From Okamejei kenojei (taxonomy: Eukaryota): 64,000 nt of DNA. Position numbers and translations under genes: made by a program. Below the pieces are notes generated by a model. That model was not told where the DNA came from, did not search any database, and was given only the letters and a program-made list of their open reading frames with translations. Positions 23,802-37,022 of the stretch are shown here, in pieces. Every line of letters starts with the position of its first letter. Position 1 is the first letter of the stretch. The stretch is taken from the NCBI GenBank assembly GCA_035221665.1, contig CM069133.1:51584001-51648000 (forward strand). Direction: 5' to 3'.

Positions 23802-26148
23802 TTGGAGACAGAAGAAACAATAGTTGCTGATTTGCCAAAAAGGACACAAGGTGCCAGAGTAACTCAGCCTATCAGGCAGCATTGTCCAGAGATGTTGCCT
23901 GACCTGTTGAGTTACTCCAGCACTTTGTGTCATCACTGTGAATCTTTTATACACCTTCTGGAGCTTACTCACACCTTTTCCGTGGCGTGGCGCAGAAATG
24001 CACACAATACTCGTTGAGTGACCTAGCCAATATATTCTACAACTGTAACCTGACATCTCAAATCCTGCCTGTACCTTCTAAACCATTCTGTCTGCCAGTA
24101 ATGCTACTTTCACTACCTATTGGTCTCTCTGTTTAACACCCATCTCCTGGGCCCTGCCATTCACTGTATATATCCTCACAACTTTAATTTCTCAAAATGC
24201 ACTTTGTATTGCTTGACTGCTAACTTGTTCTCTGGCATGTGTTGTCTGTCACCATTCTATTTATTCAGTCAACAGCAAGTGACAGCTGGAGTACATATTA
24301 GTCTAGGTGTGCCTTTAATGATTTATAAACCATTATCTTTCAGCTTTATAAATTAGTCGTTGAGCTGGCGTGTAGGTTAATTTGCCTCTGTAAAATGCTG
24401 CTAGTGCGTAGGGAGTGGATACGATACGATAAAACTTTACTCATCCCCGGAGGGAAATTGGTCTGCCAACAGTCTCAACACATAAAGTACACAAAAAACT
24501 TAAAATTAAAAGTGAAAACATAAAGAAAAAGACAAGCGACTGTTGTCCGGGTGCCGTGTGCACAGCGCCTTCACCGGAACAAATAAACAAACAACACAGA
24601 CTTATCCCCTGGGCAGAGGATTCTAAACGAGAGATGCAAAGGTAACAGAGAACAAGTGTGAATGAGTTATCGATGTTTGGCAAGGGCCTGTTTTCATGCC
24701 GTTTCTCTAAACTATACTACTCACATTTCTAGATGCATGTGTAGATATCCTTATAGAGGTGGATAAGATCATGAGAGGAATACATAGGTTAAATGCAGAG
24801 AGTCCTTTACCCAAATTAGGGGAATTAAGAACCAGAGGGCATAGGTTTAAGTTGAGGGTGTAAAGATTTAATAGGAACCTGAGGGATAACTGTTTTTACA
24901 CAAAGGGTGGTGGGTGGTTGGAACCAGCTGCCGGAGGAGGTAGTTGAGGTAGGTTCCATCACAAAATTAAAAAAAAATTGAACAGCTATATGAATAGGAT
25001 AGGTTTAGAGGGATATGGGCACGGGCACAGGCACAGGCACAGGCAGGTGGGATTAATGCATATGCAGCATGTTGGTCGGTGTGGTCAAGTTGGGACGAAG
25101 GCCCTGTTTCCACATTGTATAATACTATGAGATGATGTGGCTTCACATTATGGAAAATTGTAATATGGATCCCTGACTTGGAAATGCAAACACTACTACC
25201 CCCCCCCCCCCCCCCCCCCCCACCCACACATATAGTAGGGGTCACCTGTCTTCTTGAACACCCAGGTTGAGTTGTGCCAATTACAACCTCTTGCCCAACA
25301 CCAGTGATACCAAGGAACTAATAGTTGACTTCAGAAAGGGGAAGTTGTTAGACCACATGTCTGTTTTCATTGGGGGGTTGTTGGTGGAGAAAGCTAGCAG
25401 CTTTAAATTCCTGGGACCTGATGTATTGGATGATCTGTCACTGTAGGCTCACCAGCACATCTACTTCTTTAGAAGTTGGAAGAGGTTCAGCATATCAACA
25501 TAATTTCAACAGATATACTGGAGAATCATGAGCCTGGTAAGACAATTCATATATATTAGATGTTCTAAGGAGCAGTAGCCTTCAGGCACCTCCCAAGCTA
25601 TTTATTTTCCTTGGAGTGTGATAGAGTTTCCAGTCTAAGACCGCTTTGCATTAATCAGTTTCTGGATCAATCCAGAGAAATCACTTATGTTTTCTGTTTT
25701 CTAGTAGTAAAAAGGATTTGCTCATGACAATGCATCACAGGATTTCGAGAAATGTGAATGCACTGTGGTTCCTGTTCTGTAGGATACAGTTGTCTATGAA
25801 GCATTATCTAAGAAGAGTTTTTCTCGGGGCATCTTAAGACCTTTTACATTGATTTTCTCAAACAGATTTCTGTTATTACCCTTAGTTTGGGGTCAGGGTG
25901 ATGGAAAAATGCAGTGGATTAGACAGTAGTCGGAGATGTCCACACATTGTATGCTCAGATGACAACGCTGTCAAACAGGTGTCTGAGTTGGGTTGTTGCC
26001 ATCAGGGCTTGTACTTGTCTCTCTAATGAAACATTATCTGATCATACCTTATTCCAATCATTTTGTAAGAAGAGAAACTCTGTCAGAATTAGCTTTCCCT
26101 GCTCTCTCTTTGCCAGCCACACCTTTCGGGAGATGAATAGCCAGGAGG

Positions 26149-26252
26149 AACTGCAGATGCTGGAGAATCGAGAGTACACAAAAAGCTGGAGAAACTCAGC
26201 GGGTGCAGCAGCATCTAAGGAGCGAAGGAGATAGGCGACGTTTCGGGTCGAG
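26149..26252 (-). mobile_element. short PLE-terminal insertion with 28-bp target duplication
   Basis: Same young subfamily as 60528-60622, flanked by acctttcgggagatgaatagccaggagg at 26121-26148 and 26253-26280. Confidence 0.85.
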
Positions 26253-27849
26253 ACCTTTCGGGAGATGAATAGCCAGGAGGGAACTTCTAACATGCATATG
26301 ATAATAATGGGGTTGATCATTTCGAAGTCTAGACGACGAATTAGAGGAATTAAATAGCGTAATAATATACAAAGACAAGTCTCAGGGTTGTCAAGGTAGT
26401 TATTTTGAGGCTTTGCAATGAAGTGGTTCGATCATAAATTATTGCTTTTGATTCTGATAAATTGCGCACAGAAAAATACATATTTTACAGAAATGAAGGA
26501 ATCATCAAGTATGGAGAGAATGATCTGTTTGGAAAGATTTAAGAGACCTAAGCTTTATGGTCAGCAAAGAAGACAGTTAAAGTGGGGAAATACATTAAGG
26601 TAAAACCAATAAAATAGTAGGGTTAAAGTAAATTAAATATTGAAAAAAAACTAGCATTTATTGACTTTCTTAAACTGAGTGGGCTGCCTCTCATTTCAAA
26701 GATTAGCAAAAAGAAAAATACATGTATGTGGATCAAGAGTCACACATACACAGATTGAAGAACAGTGGCAGATTTACTTCCCTTGACCTTTCAAGGAGCG
26801 CGTGAAGAGCATTAGGGTGAATAAATCCACAAGACATGATGGAATTTATTTCAGGTTATTAAGAGAGGCAAGAGAGAAGTTTGCAAGAGCCTTGATGAAG
26901 ATCATTTTTATTTTAGCCAGAGGATGGTGGGTGTCCGGAACATGCCGCCGGGGGGGGGGGGTGATAGCAGATACAATAATGGTATTTAACAGGTTTTTAG
27001 ATAGGCACATAGATATCCAAGGAATGTTCATCACAATCATACAGAGGAGATTAATTCATCTTGGCATCATGTTCGACATGAACATTCTGGGCCTGTTCCT
27101 GTGCTGTCTTGCTCTATGTTCTTTGTACATGTGTCTTTAAAAATGACAATCACTGGAAAATCACTATTAATGATGTTCAGTTCCACATGTATTTAACTAT
27201 ATGAATGCAAACTCCCATTTGCCCTAGTTGGGTTAAAACCTTCTCCATGAAACCATTGGTCTAGGCCTGTAAAATATTCATTCTGTAATATCATAATAGA
27301 ATCTTATTTGCATTATATAAAATAAAGCCAAATTAATAGGATTAATGCACATTCAATTAAAATAGATACCAGAACATTAAAACAAAATGTTATATTTTTC
27401 CACAACGTAGTAAATATCCGGCAATAGCCAAGTAGCATGCAACTGACTGAATGTAGATACCTAAAATTTAAGGCCACAGATTGCAAAGACCCACGCTAAT
27501 TGAAGTGCTGGAGTAACTCAGCGGGTCAGACAGCATCCCCAGAGAAGATGGATAGGTGGTATTTCGAGTCAAGACACTTCTTCAGTCCCAACCCAAAAGG
27601 TCACCTATCCTGCCTGACCTGCTGAGCTTCTCCAGCACTTTGTGTCTTTTGTTTTTGTAAACCAGCAATTCCTTTTCCTGCATTCAGGGCTAATTGAATA
27701 TATCTTTCAAAGAGATGGCACAGGTAGAATGAAGTGTACAATCCAAAATGTTTTGTTTTATTGTGCTCATAATGTGATGTAACTATTGCTGCAAGGCCTA
27801 CGTTTATTGACAATTTCCAATCAGCAGTTAAACTGAGCTCATATTACTG

Positions 27850-28465
27850 GATGCCTGACCATTTCAGTGATCGATTAAGAATCAATGTCGAAGCACTGCT
27901 CCAATTCCTTCTATGAGTTCGCCGACAACACTACTGTGCAGTGGCCACATCACCAGCAGTGATGAGTCAGCATACAGGAGACAGACTGGCTGATTAGCTC
28001 AATGCCAACAAGACCTTGCAACTGGTTGGTGACTTCAGAAAGGTGAAGTGGGGAGATCACACACCAGAATTAGTTAGCAGCTTCAAATTCCTGGATGTTA
28101 ACATCTCAAATAATCCCCACAGCACCTTCCTGAGGTCATCTGTTGCCGGGCCTGATTTGTTCTCGCCTTTTCTCTTCTTCTTTCTTTCAGTCTGAAGAAG
28201 GGTTTCAACCCAAAATGTCACTAATTCCTTTTCTCCAGAGATGCTGGCTGGCCCACTGAGTTACTCCAGTGTTTTGTGTCTATCTTCGATGTAATCACAA
28301 AGGTGCATATCAGCACCGCTACTTCCCCAGATGTTTAAAGAGATTCAGCATGTCACCAAATACTCTAATAAACTTAAGAAAATGCAGAGTAGAAATTATC
28401 TTGACTGTTTACACCGCAGCCTGGTACAGCCATTCGAACGCACAGGAGTGGAAAAAGCTGCAGAG
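27850..28465 (+). mobile_element. Rex/Babar-type LINE RT fragment interrupted by a PLE 3' end (~28120-28290)
   Basis: Degenerate FAD.TT...DESAYR...LNANKT..LV.DFRK coding remnants. The insert contains cagtctgaagaaggg...gagttactccag. Confidence 0.6.
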
Positions 28466-29088
28466 TGGTGTCCATATACTCCACAGATATTGCCCAACCT
28501 GTTGAGCTACTCCAGCACTTTGTGTCTTATTTTGTAAACCAGCAATTGCAGTTCCTAGCTTCTGCAGGGGAAGGGGAAAGCCTGGCGTGTGATAGGTGGA
28601 CCAAAGGAGGAGGAGAGGAGAAATGGGTGCAAGTCCAGTTGGGGCACAAGAATAAGAGGACGGAAAAAAGAGGAAACAAGGGTTGTTTGTTGGTTAGATC
28701 GCTAAAATTGGAGAATGCAATCCTTATCTAACACCGTTTAGAGAGGTATATGGATAGGAAAGGTTTAGAGGCATATGAGCAGAATGCAAACAGGTGGGAC
28801 TAGTGTAGATGGGGCATGTTGGTCAATGTGGGCATATTTCCACGCTGTATGACTCTATGACTATGTGCTGTGAGGCTGCCATATACAAGCTTTTTATTGT
28901 ACTTGCGCAAGAAGGCACTGCAGATGTTGGTTTAAAACGAAGATCGGCGCAAAAAACTGGTGTAACTCAGCAGGACAAGCAGCAATCCTGGAGAGAAGGA
29001 ATGGAAAGATGCTGCTTGTCCCGCTGAGTTACTCCAGCTTTTTATGTCTATTTTCATTGTACCTGTACTTCACCCGACTTGTGCATAC

Positions 29089-29722
29089 TCATGGGCATGT
29101 CCCCCCCCCCCCCATGTTTTGAGAGGTGGGGGAACAATCCCCCCCATGTTATCCCTCCCCTGCTTCTTCTCCCGCGGTCAGGCAGTCAAACTGCTGCGTC
29201 GAGGCGATTGAGGCTCTCGATTTTGAAGCTCCCGCCAGGCGATGGTAGATCCCAAGGCCTATTTTTAAGTCGCGCCGGACGATGAAAGGCCCTGGGAACG
29301 GGCCGATTCAAGCCCCATGATTTGGGGCGGAAGAAACTGCTGGTGTTGCTGGAGCTCCCGAAAGTCGGTGACCCACCAGGGACCTGTGAGCTCCCGGTTA
29401 TCGTCCACAGGGCCTGTGGCCGAAGCCTCCGAAGTCGCTTCGCAGCCGCAATGCCACCAAAGCCTCCCAAGTCAGCCAGCTCCGTGATGGTAGGTACACA
29501 GGCTCTGCGACCGGAGCCCTAAAGGTTGATTCCAGTTGGAGGCCGTTAGCTCCTAGATGTTAGGCCTCAGTGCAAATAAATGTTTATTTTAGTTTACACC
29601 ACTTTTGGCGTGTGTGTGTGTGTGCCTGTGTGTAAAATTGCTAGTTGTCATGCACACTTGCCACCGAGCCACCAGGATATTATGCCCCCCCCCCCCCGTT
29701 TTAAAAGCCATTTCCGCCCTTG
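29089..29722. mobile_element. unclassified GC-rich non-autonomous element with C-run subterminal repeats
   Basis: Repeated tcccccccatgtt motifs near both ends, end ...tttccgcccttg, and a CpG-rich interior unlike the flanks. TIRs and TSD not convincingly found. Confidence 0.35.
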
Positions 29723-31473
29723 CATATGACAATAAACTCAACTTGACTTCTCGCCTGTTTCTGCACTGTGTCTCTAAAGTCTATGAGCATGAATCATGAC
29801 ACAGCAATTTAAAATTGGTTAATTTCTCCTTCTACAAAAAAGGGTATATTTTGTTGGGGTGTAGGGAGTACAATGAGCCAAGTTGCAAGTTTAAACAAAC
29901 AAGCAGCAACTTCATTTTGAGCACCATGTAATGTTCTGGGACACTAAACCAAACCAGGATCACTGTTGACTCAGAGCAAGTACATAGTACAATTACATTC
30001 TATCTAATTGCCCATTAAGTTAAAGTTCAATGTCAAGATAGGCTATCATACAAAGAATAGGAAGCATGTTAAACAGCTCACCCAAAAAATGCCATTGAAA
30101 TGGACGGTCAAAATTTATTAAATAAGATGAACGTTTGTTGGGAGTAATTGGACAAGTCAAGTGTTGCTTATACAACATGTGGAATTTACTGAGCTGGATG
30201 ACAATATATCATCCCATCAATGCATAAGAGTGTAGACAGAGTTGCCTGGATACTTTGATCAAGGAGCAGACAAGCCTCCCATGTTGGTTAATAATTTGAT
30301 TTTGGTTAGTGGTCAAGGGGACAGAATTGTGAATCAATCACTCAGGTGCAAAGAAATGTGGTGGTATCAAGTAAATACAGTCAGAAAGATAGGTATCCAT
30401 TAACCATGTCTTGGAGGCTGCTTTGCCAGTTCAATATCTGGTTTAAGTTTATCTCCCTACAGTTAAAAATGAACGTGCCGAGAGGAATAGGATTCCACTC
30501 TTGCTGTCCATGTGGGAACTAGGCACGAGGCCCATTTGAGAGGCTGAGCTCCAATGTGATAAGCATAACTTCAAAAGATAACAACCACTGGATTAAAACC
30601 TCTGGAAAAATGTTAAGTACGTTAAAGGCACTTTATTGTGGCTGGAAAAAGAAACTGAATTAAGTTAAGAAAAACAGGGAAAATTAAAATACAATTGCAA
30701 CTGTGGAGATGTCATCGCAAGGTGATCCACGTTTCTATGTTTCTATGTTTCTATGAGAACTAAATGCTCCCGAACAATGTTTCAGATGAAAGATTAATAA
30801 ACTGAAATATTAAGATAACTAGGAACTGTAGATGCTGGTTTACCACAGAAAGACAAAGTGCTGGAGTAACTCAGCAGGTCAGACAGCATTCCTGGAAAAC
30901 ATGGATAGGTGACGTTTCAGTTCAGGATCCTCTTTCAAACTTAAGTTCGGGTCAGAATATGGTTGTGGAGCCAGAGAGCAGCAGGAATCACAGGGAAACT
31001 ACAGATCCGTCTCAAGAAGGGTCCTAACCTATCCATGTTATCCAGGATGCTACCTGGCCCGCTGAGTTACTCCAGTATTTTGAGTCTTTCCAAACCAAAA
31101 TATTAATTCTGATTCTGTGCATAGATGTTACATGATCCCCTGAGTATCTCCAGCATTTTCTGTTTTGTTCCGGTGTTATGAAAGGAAAAACACAATTTAA
31201 CAAAATAGGGAGATGAGTGCTGGGAAGAATTTGTGCCATTTATGTTTTTTTTGTGTTGTCTCAGAGTCAATTTTCCTGTGATGCTGCCACATGCAAGATT
31301 TTATCATAGAAGTAGTTCTGTTATAATATGATAGCCAAGAATATATTGTTTCCTAAGAAACCTTGCGTTATATGAAATCACATTTTTAAAACAACTGTGT
31401 CACTGGTGCAAAGGAGATTTAGGGCAAGAGTTCAGATTGGCAATAACAGTTTTCAATGATAAACCTAAACTTC

Positions 31474-31520
<47 letters not shown>
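31474..31520. repeat. (TAT)n microsatellite
   Basis: Perfect tat run; explains the poly-Tyr ORF. Confidence 0.95.
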
Positions 31521-31522
<2 letters not shown>

Positions 31523-32956
31523 AGCTGTTGAAAAGATTTTTATTACTGCAAGCTAAAAATACTATAGGCCATGTGTTCTCTTGTTACACAAGTGTCAATA
31601 GAAGCGCCGACTTGTCAATTTCAATGACCACCCGCAGCTAAAATAGCTGCTGTATTTTTAAGAGACATTGGTATCTGCTTACTGCAGGGAAGTTACATGG
31701 AAACAGTGACAGCTTTTTTTCTGCTTTATCAATTTCCAAAGTTGCGTTTAAGTGGTTCTCTACTTCGTAATCAATATCGTGTTATAGAGTCATAAAGCGA
31801 TACAGTGTTACAGGGTGGAAATACGCCCTTCGGCCCAACTTACCCACGGCAGCCAACATGTCCCAACTACACTAGTTCCACCTGCCTTCATTTGGTCCAT
31901 ATCGCTCCAAACCTGTCCCATCCATGTACTTGTCTAACTGTTTCTTAAACGTTGGAATAATCCCAGCCTCAACTACCTTCTCTAGCAGCTTGGTCCATAC
32001 ACACACCACCCTTTGTGTGAAAATGTTACCCCTCAGATTCCTATTAAATGACCTAGTCTATTTATCACCTACTCTGGGTAAGAGACTCTGTGCATCTACC
32101 CTATCTATTCAGGTAACTTATAACCAATTTGCAATGTGTAATGAAGATAGCGTTCCCTAATTCATCACTTGTGCTATGTCCAATTGAAGTCATGGAAACA
32201 TTTGTTAGGGCCTCACTGTACTCGTGTACACAATAATAAATTCAGCTTGACATCTTAAGACAGTGATACAAATGTCAGGTGGAACAGCTTTGCCAGAATG
32301 GGATAGAGGAAAACAATTGACCATGGAGAGACACGAACAATTAAGATTTGACCAATCAGTCTGACAAAAAGGTCCCAACCCAGAACACCTATCCATGTTC
32401 TTCAGAGATGCTCCGAGTTGCTTCAGTACTTACGTCTCTTTTTTTTAAACAATCTTCACCATCTTTGAGATTCTACCACCGGCTTCCCCTCCTTTGCTTT
32501 CTGCATTCCAAAAGAAGTGGTTTCTTAATGACTCCTCGGTCCACTCTTCTGTCTACATCAGTTCACACCACTCTACTTCTGACCCCATTTCCATGGAACC
32601 ACAAGAGATGCAATACTCCTTTTATCCTTTTCCCTTGCCACTATTGGGACACCAACAATCCTTCTAGTTAAAACAGTGACTCCACCTTTTCCATGCTTCC
32701 TTCCCTCCAAAATACCCATAATATTCAGTCATCTTGTCTTGGCCATCTTGCAATGACTATTCCATTATGATCACTATTTATGCTATTAATTCATCTACAT
32801 CTGCATAAACCAAGCCCGAGGGTGAATGGATGGTGATGAAGTCACAGTTCAGGAGTCAAAATATTATTGAAAATAAGGGTCTCGACCCAAAACGTCACCC
32901 ATTCCTCTTCTCCAGAGAAGCTGCCTCACCTACTGAGTTACTCCAGCATTTTGTGT

Positions 32957-33591
32957 AACAAGAGGATTTCAGTACAGGAGTAAAGAGGTTCTTCTGCAGT
33001 TGTATAGGGCTCTGGTGAGACCACATCTGGAGTATTGTGTACAGTTTTGGTCTCCTAATTTGAGGAAGGACATCCTTGTAATTGAGGCAGTGCAGCGTAG
33101 GTTCACAAGATTGATCCCTGGGATGGCGAGACTGTCACATGAGGAAAGATTGAAAAGACTAGGCTTGTATTCACTGGAGTTTAGAAGGATGAGGGGATAT
33201 CTTATAGAAACATATAAAATTATAAAAGGACTGGACAAGCTAGATGCAGGAAAAATGTTCCCAATGTTGGGTGAGTCCAGAACCAGGGCCACAGTCTTAG
33301 AATAAAGGCGAGGTCATTTAAGACTGAGGTGAGAAAAAACTTTTTTACCCAGAGAGTTGTGAATTTATGGAATTCCCTGCCAGAGGGTAGTGGAGGCCAA
33401 ATCACTGGATGGATTTAAGAGAGAGTTGGATAGAGCTCTAGGGGCTAGTGGAGTCAAGGGATATGGGGGGAAGGCAGGCACAGGTTATTGGTAGCAGACG
33501 ATCAGCCATGATCACAATGAATGGCGGTGCTGGCTCGAAGGGCCGAATGGCCTCCTCCTGCACCTATTTTCAATGTTTCTATGTTTCTATG
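32957..33591 (+). mobile_element. CR1 3' fragment inserted at the end of a PLE-terminal piece (32875-32956)
   Basis: Encodes LYRALVRPHLEYCVQFWSP...RFTRLIPGM; (GTTTCTAT)n tail. Confidence 0.92.
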
Positions 33592-33855
33592 TGTCTCCCG
33601 TCAATTCTCATCAGTATTTATAATCCCATAATGACGTATGCACTTGATAACTAAGTAGATCAGTGGGCCATGAAACCTGAGCACTGCAGAAACATCGTCA
33701 ATTACCTCATGAATAAATCATTAAAATAAAGCACAAAACAGGCTATTTATTACAAACTAGACTGAACATTCCACTGCATCCTGCAGATTGAATATATGTA
33801 CCAGTTTACTAAGAATATGTAAGGTTACCTATGTGTAAACTACATAATTGGAATT

Positions 33856-34157
33856 GTTTAGTTTAGTTTAGCTTGGAGATACAGTGTAGAAACAGCCCCT
33901 TCGGTCCACCAAGTTCACACCAACCAGCAATCCCCATGCACTAGCATTATCCTACACACTAGGGACAATTTACAGTTTTTAACAAAGCCAAATGAACCTA
34001 CAAACCTGTACGTCTTTGGAATGCGAGACGAAACTGGAGCACCTGGGGAAAATCCATGTGGTTATGGGGAAAATGTACAGACAGTATCTGCAGTCAGGAT
34101 GGAATCCGGGTCTGGCGCTGTAAGCCAGCAATTCTACCTCTGCCCCATCGTGCCACC
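33856..34157 (-). mobile_element. tRNA-derived V-SINE (HE1-like)
   Basis: Colinear with 23486-23801. Confidence 0.8.
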
Positions 34158-34287
34158 TCTGTACAAATGTTATTTTATTGATTAGCTTCCTCATGAACAA
34201 TCGTTACTTCATTATTTTGCAGGTTTTTCTATTTGTATAAGAACATAAATAAAGTACATATGAAACAGGAGCAAGAGTAGACTATTT

Positions 34288-34767
34288 AACCATATAACAA
34301 CCATATAACAATTACAGCACGGAAACAGGCCCTCTCGGCCCTTCCAGTTCGTGCCGACCATTTGTTTTCCCCTAGTCCCATCTACCTGCACTCAAACCAT
34401 ACCCCTCCATTCCCTTCACGTCCATATACCTATCCACTTTACTTTTAAATGTTAAAATCGATCCTGCCTCCACCACTTCTGCTGGAAGCTCATTCCACAC
34501 AGCCACCACCCTCTGAGTAAAGACGTTCCCCCTCACGTTACCCCTAAACGTCTGTCCCTTAATTCTCATGTCATGCCCTCTTGTTTGAATCTTCCCTACC
34601 CTCAATGGGAAAAGCTTATCCACGTCAACTCTGTTTATCCCTTTCATCATTTTAAAGACCTCAATCAAGTCCCCCCTTAACCCTCTGTGCTCCAAAGAAT
34701 AAAGACCTAACTTGTTCAACCTTTCTCTGTAACATAGTTGCTGGAACCCTGGCAACATTCTAGTAAA
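34288..34767 (-). mobile_element. young CR1 3' fragment
   Basis: Near-identical reverse complement of ~41999-42460, including the GTTATATG tail. Confidence 0.92.
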
Positions 34768-35349
34768 CATTTGGCCCTATACAATCTGCTTTGCCATTTA
34801 ATAAGTTATAGGCAGAATGAGTGGTGCCAGAACAACATTCCTACTCTCAATAGTAACAAGACCAAGAAGCTGATTGTTAACTTCAAGAAGGGAAAGTGAG
34901 GGACCATGAACCTATCATTATTGATGGGATACACAGAGCTGGAGTAATTCAGCAAGTCAGGCAGCATCCCTGGAGAACATGGATTGGTGACATTTCGGGT
35001 CAAGACCCAACAAACTGCTGGAGGAACTCAGGAGGTTAGACAGCATATGTGGAGAGAAATGGACTTGCAAAGTTTCGGGTCGGGACTCTTCACCTCTATC
35101 GACGAGTCCAAGTGCAGAATAGGTAATCACTTTGCTGAACACTTGCGCTCTGTCCGCAGGGTCATCTGGAGTTCATGGTTATAAGCTACTTCAATGCTTT
35201 GGGTTTATTATTGTCACAGTGAGAAGCTTTATTGTCACATGTACCCAAGTACGGTGAAATTATTTTTTTCCATATAGTTCAATGACCATCTTATGAATAC
35301 ATTGGGCATAATCATTCGAAGAATAAGAAGGCAAGACAGTAGTCCAAAG

Positions 35350-35645
35350 GTAGACACAACATGCTGGAATAACTCAGCAGGCAGCATCTCTGGAGGGAAG
35401 GAATGGGTGACGTTTCGGGTCGAGACCCTTCTTCAGACTGACGTCAGGGTGGAGGGAGATAGATAGATAAGGATCTGTGAAGGTGTGAACACCGAGCAGA
35501 GGGAATGGAGATCAAGGAGAATGTAGAATAGATCATTGTAACAAAACAAATAGAGACAAAATGTAGTCGAAGACAGTAAGACTGGTTGGAGAACTGGGAA
35601 AGGATGGAGAGAGAGAGAGGGAAAGCAAGGGTTACTTGATGTTAG
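35350..35645 (-). mobile_element. Penelope-like 3' UTR/terminal fragment with intact hammerhead motif (35409-35436)
   Basis: gacgtttcgggtcgagacccttcttcag followed by a purine-rich 3' UTR like 55080-55330. Confidence 0.8.
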
Positions 35646-35929
35646 TAGACCACACTGTGTCAGTACACAAGAGTCACCACGTTTTAGGCCATCTTGTATC
35701 CTTCAAGTCTGATATTTTTTTTTAATGTAAAGTCTTAACTTAGCCATTAAGGTCCGTAGTCCATAAATGTTACGCTATCCAATCAGATCAGACAATACTA
35801 TACATGAAGACAATCAAGTCAAATTAACGTATAATAGGCAGATCAAAGGGGAAGATACAGAGTGCAGAATATAGTTCTCAACATTATGGTGCATTAGTTC
35901 CATAGCCAAGTCTAATGTCGGCAATGGGC

Positions 35930-36745
35930 TAGAGGTGAATCCCACACCAACTGTCGGGCCTCAGTCTCTTCTATTGCCCAAACGAGGCCACATGCAAATT
36001 GGACTAACAGAACCTCATATTCCGCTTCCGTCCAAAACCTAATTGCATGAACATTGAATTCTCCAGTTTCAGGTAAATCCCTCTTGCCCGTAATCCCTTA
36101 TCTACCCAGCTTTCCACAATTACTCCCATACCCTCTTTCATCTGCTCAGTCCATTTGTCACCATTATCCTTGTACTCCCATTTTTGTTTCTTCCCTGCCC
36201 CATTTTACTGCACCTACCATCCTATCCTGTTGTTCTACCTTTCACTCCTCACCTTCCTGTTCTATCAGATGTCACCATTTGTACCCCTTTGACTTTTCCA
36301 CTGATCACTTTCAGCCTTGGTTATCATCTCCACCCTTCTCTCCCCCAAATGACTCAACTGCCAATTAATATCTGGATCCATGTAGCACTTGAGAAGACAA
36401 AGTGCTGGAGTAACTCCAGTGCTGGCAGCATCTCCCGAGTTCTCCAGAGATGCTGCCTGACCTGCCAAGTTACTCAAGCACTTTGTGTCTTCTTTTGGAA
36501 ATCAGCATCTGCAATTCCTTGTTTCCATCTAGCACTTACAAGTTCTTGCCCCACCCCTTCCTCTCTCCGCTTTCTACCAGCTTGCTTCATTCCACTCCAT
36601 CAATCTGAAGAAGGGTCTTGGCCGGAAAAGTCATCTGTCTATTTTCCTCCACAGATGCTGCCTGAACTGCTGAGTTCCACTAGCAGCGTGTTTTTCTTTT
36701 GCTCAAGATTCCAGCATGTTCAGTCTTTTGTGTCTCTTTGTTTTT
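35930..36745 (+). mobile_element. old Penelope-like 3' region with a nested palindromic terminal element (~36390-36525)
   Basis: aaattggactaacagaacctcatattccgc...atgaacattgaattctccagtttcaggtaa corresponds to the [11 protein letters not shown]...MNIEFSNFR end; terminal motif at ~36604. Confidence 0.65.
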
Positions 36746-37022
36746 AGTAAAAGCCATCAAATTAATCAAAGTTTAATATCTCCACATACCATAAGCACAG
36801 CAAGGTCTCAGTACAGAACAAATTATGAAATGTGGGATATGTATATTTATTAACTTCAACTGACTACTGTAGTTTTTGATTATCCACACATCTATAATAT
36901 TCACAATGCTGTAATTAGTCCTCAAGTGTGGTGGAGTTAAAAATCAATAGAAGAGCACTTCTAAAATCTAAACAAAAAGTGGAAACACCACTGCACTTGA
37001 AGGACTGGTTTATGTTATATTC

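Noticed and set aside
30200-30720. possible ancient CR1 ORF1 (esterase-like VHVGT remnant)
   Set aside because: A single short motif, too degraded to support a call by eye.
31456-31641. poly-tyrosine peptide
   Set aside because: Translation of a (TAT)n microsatellite.
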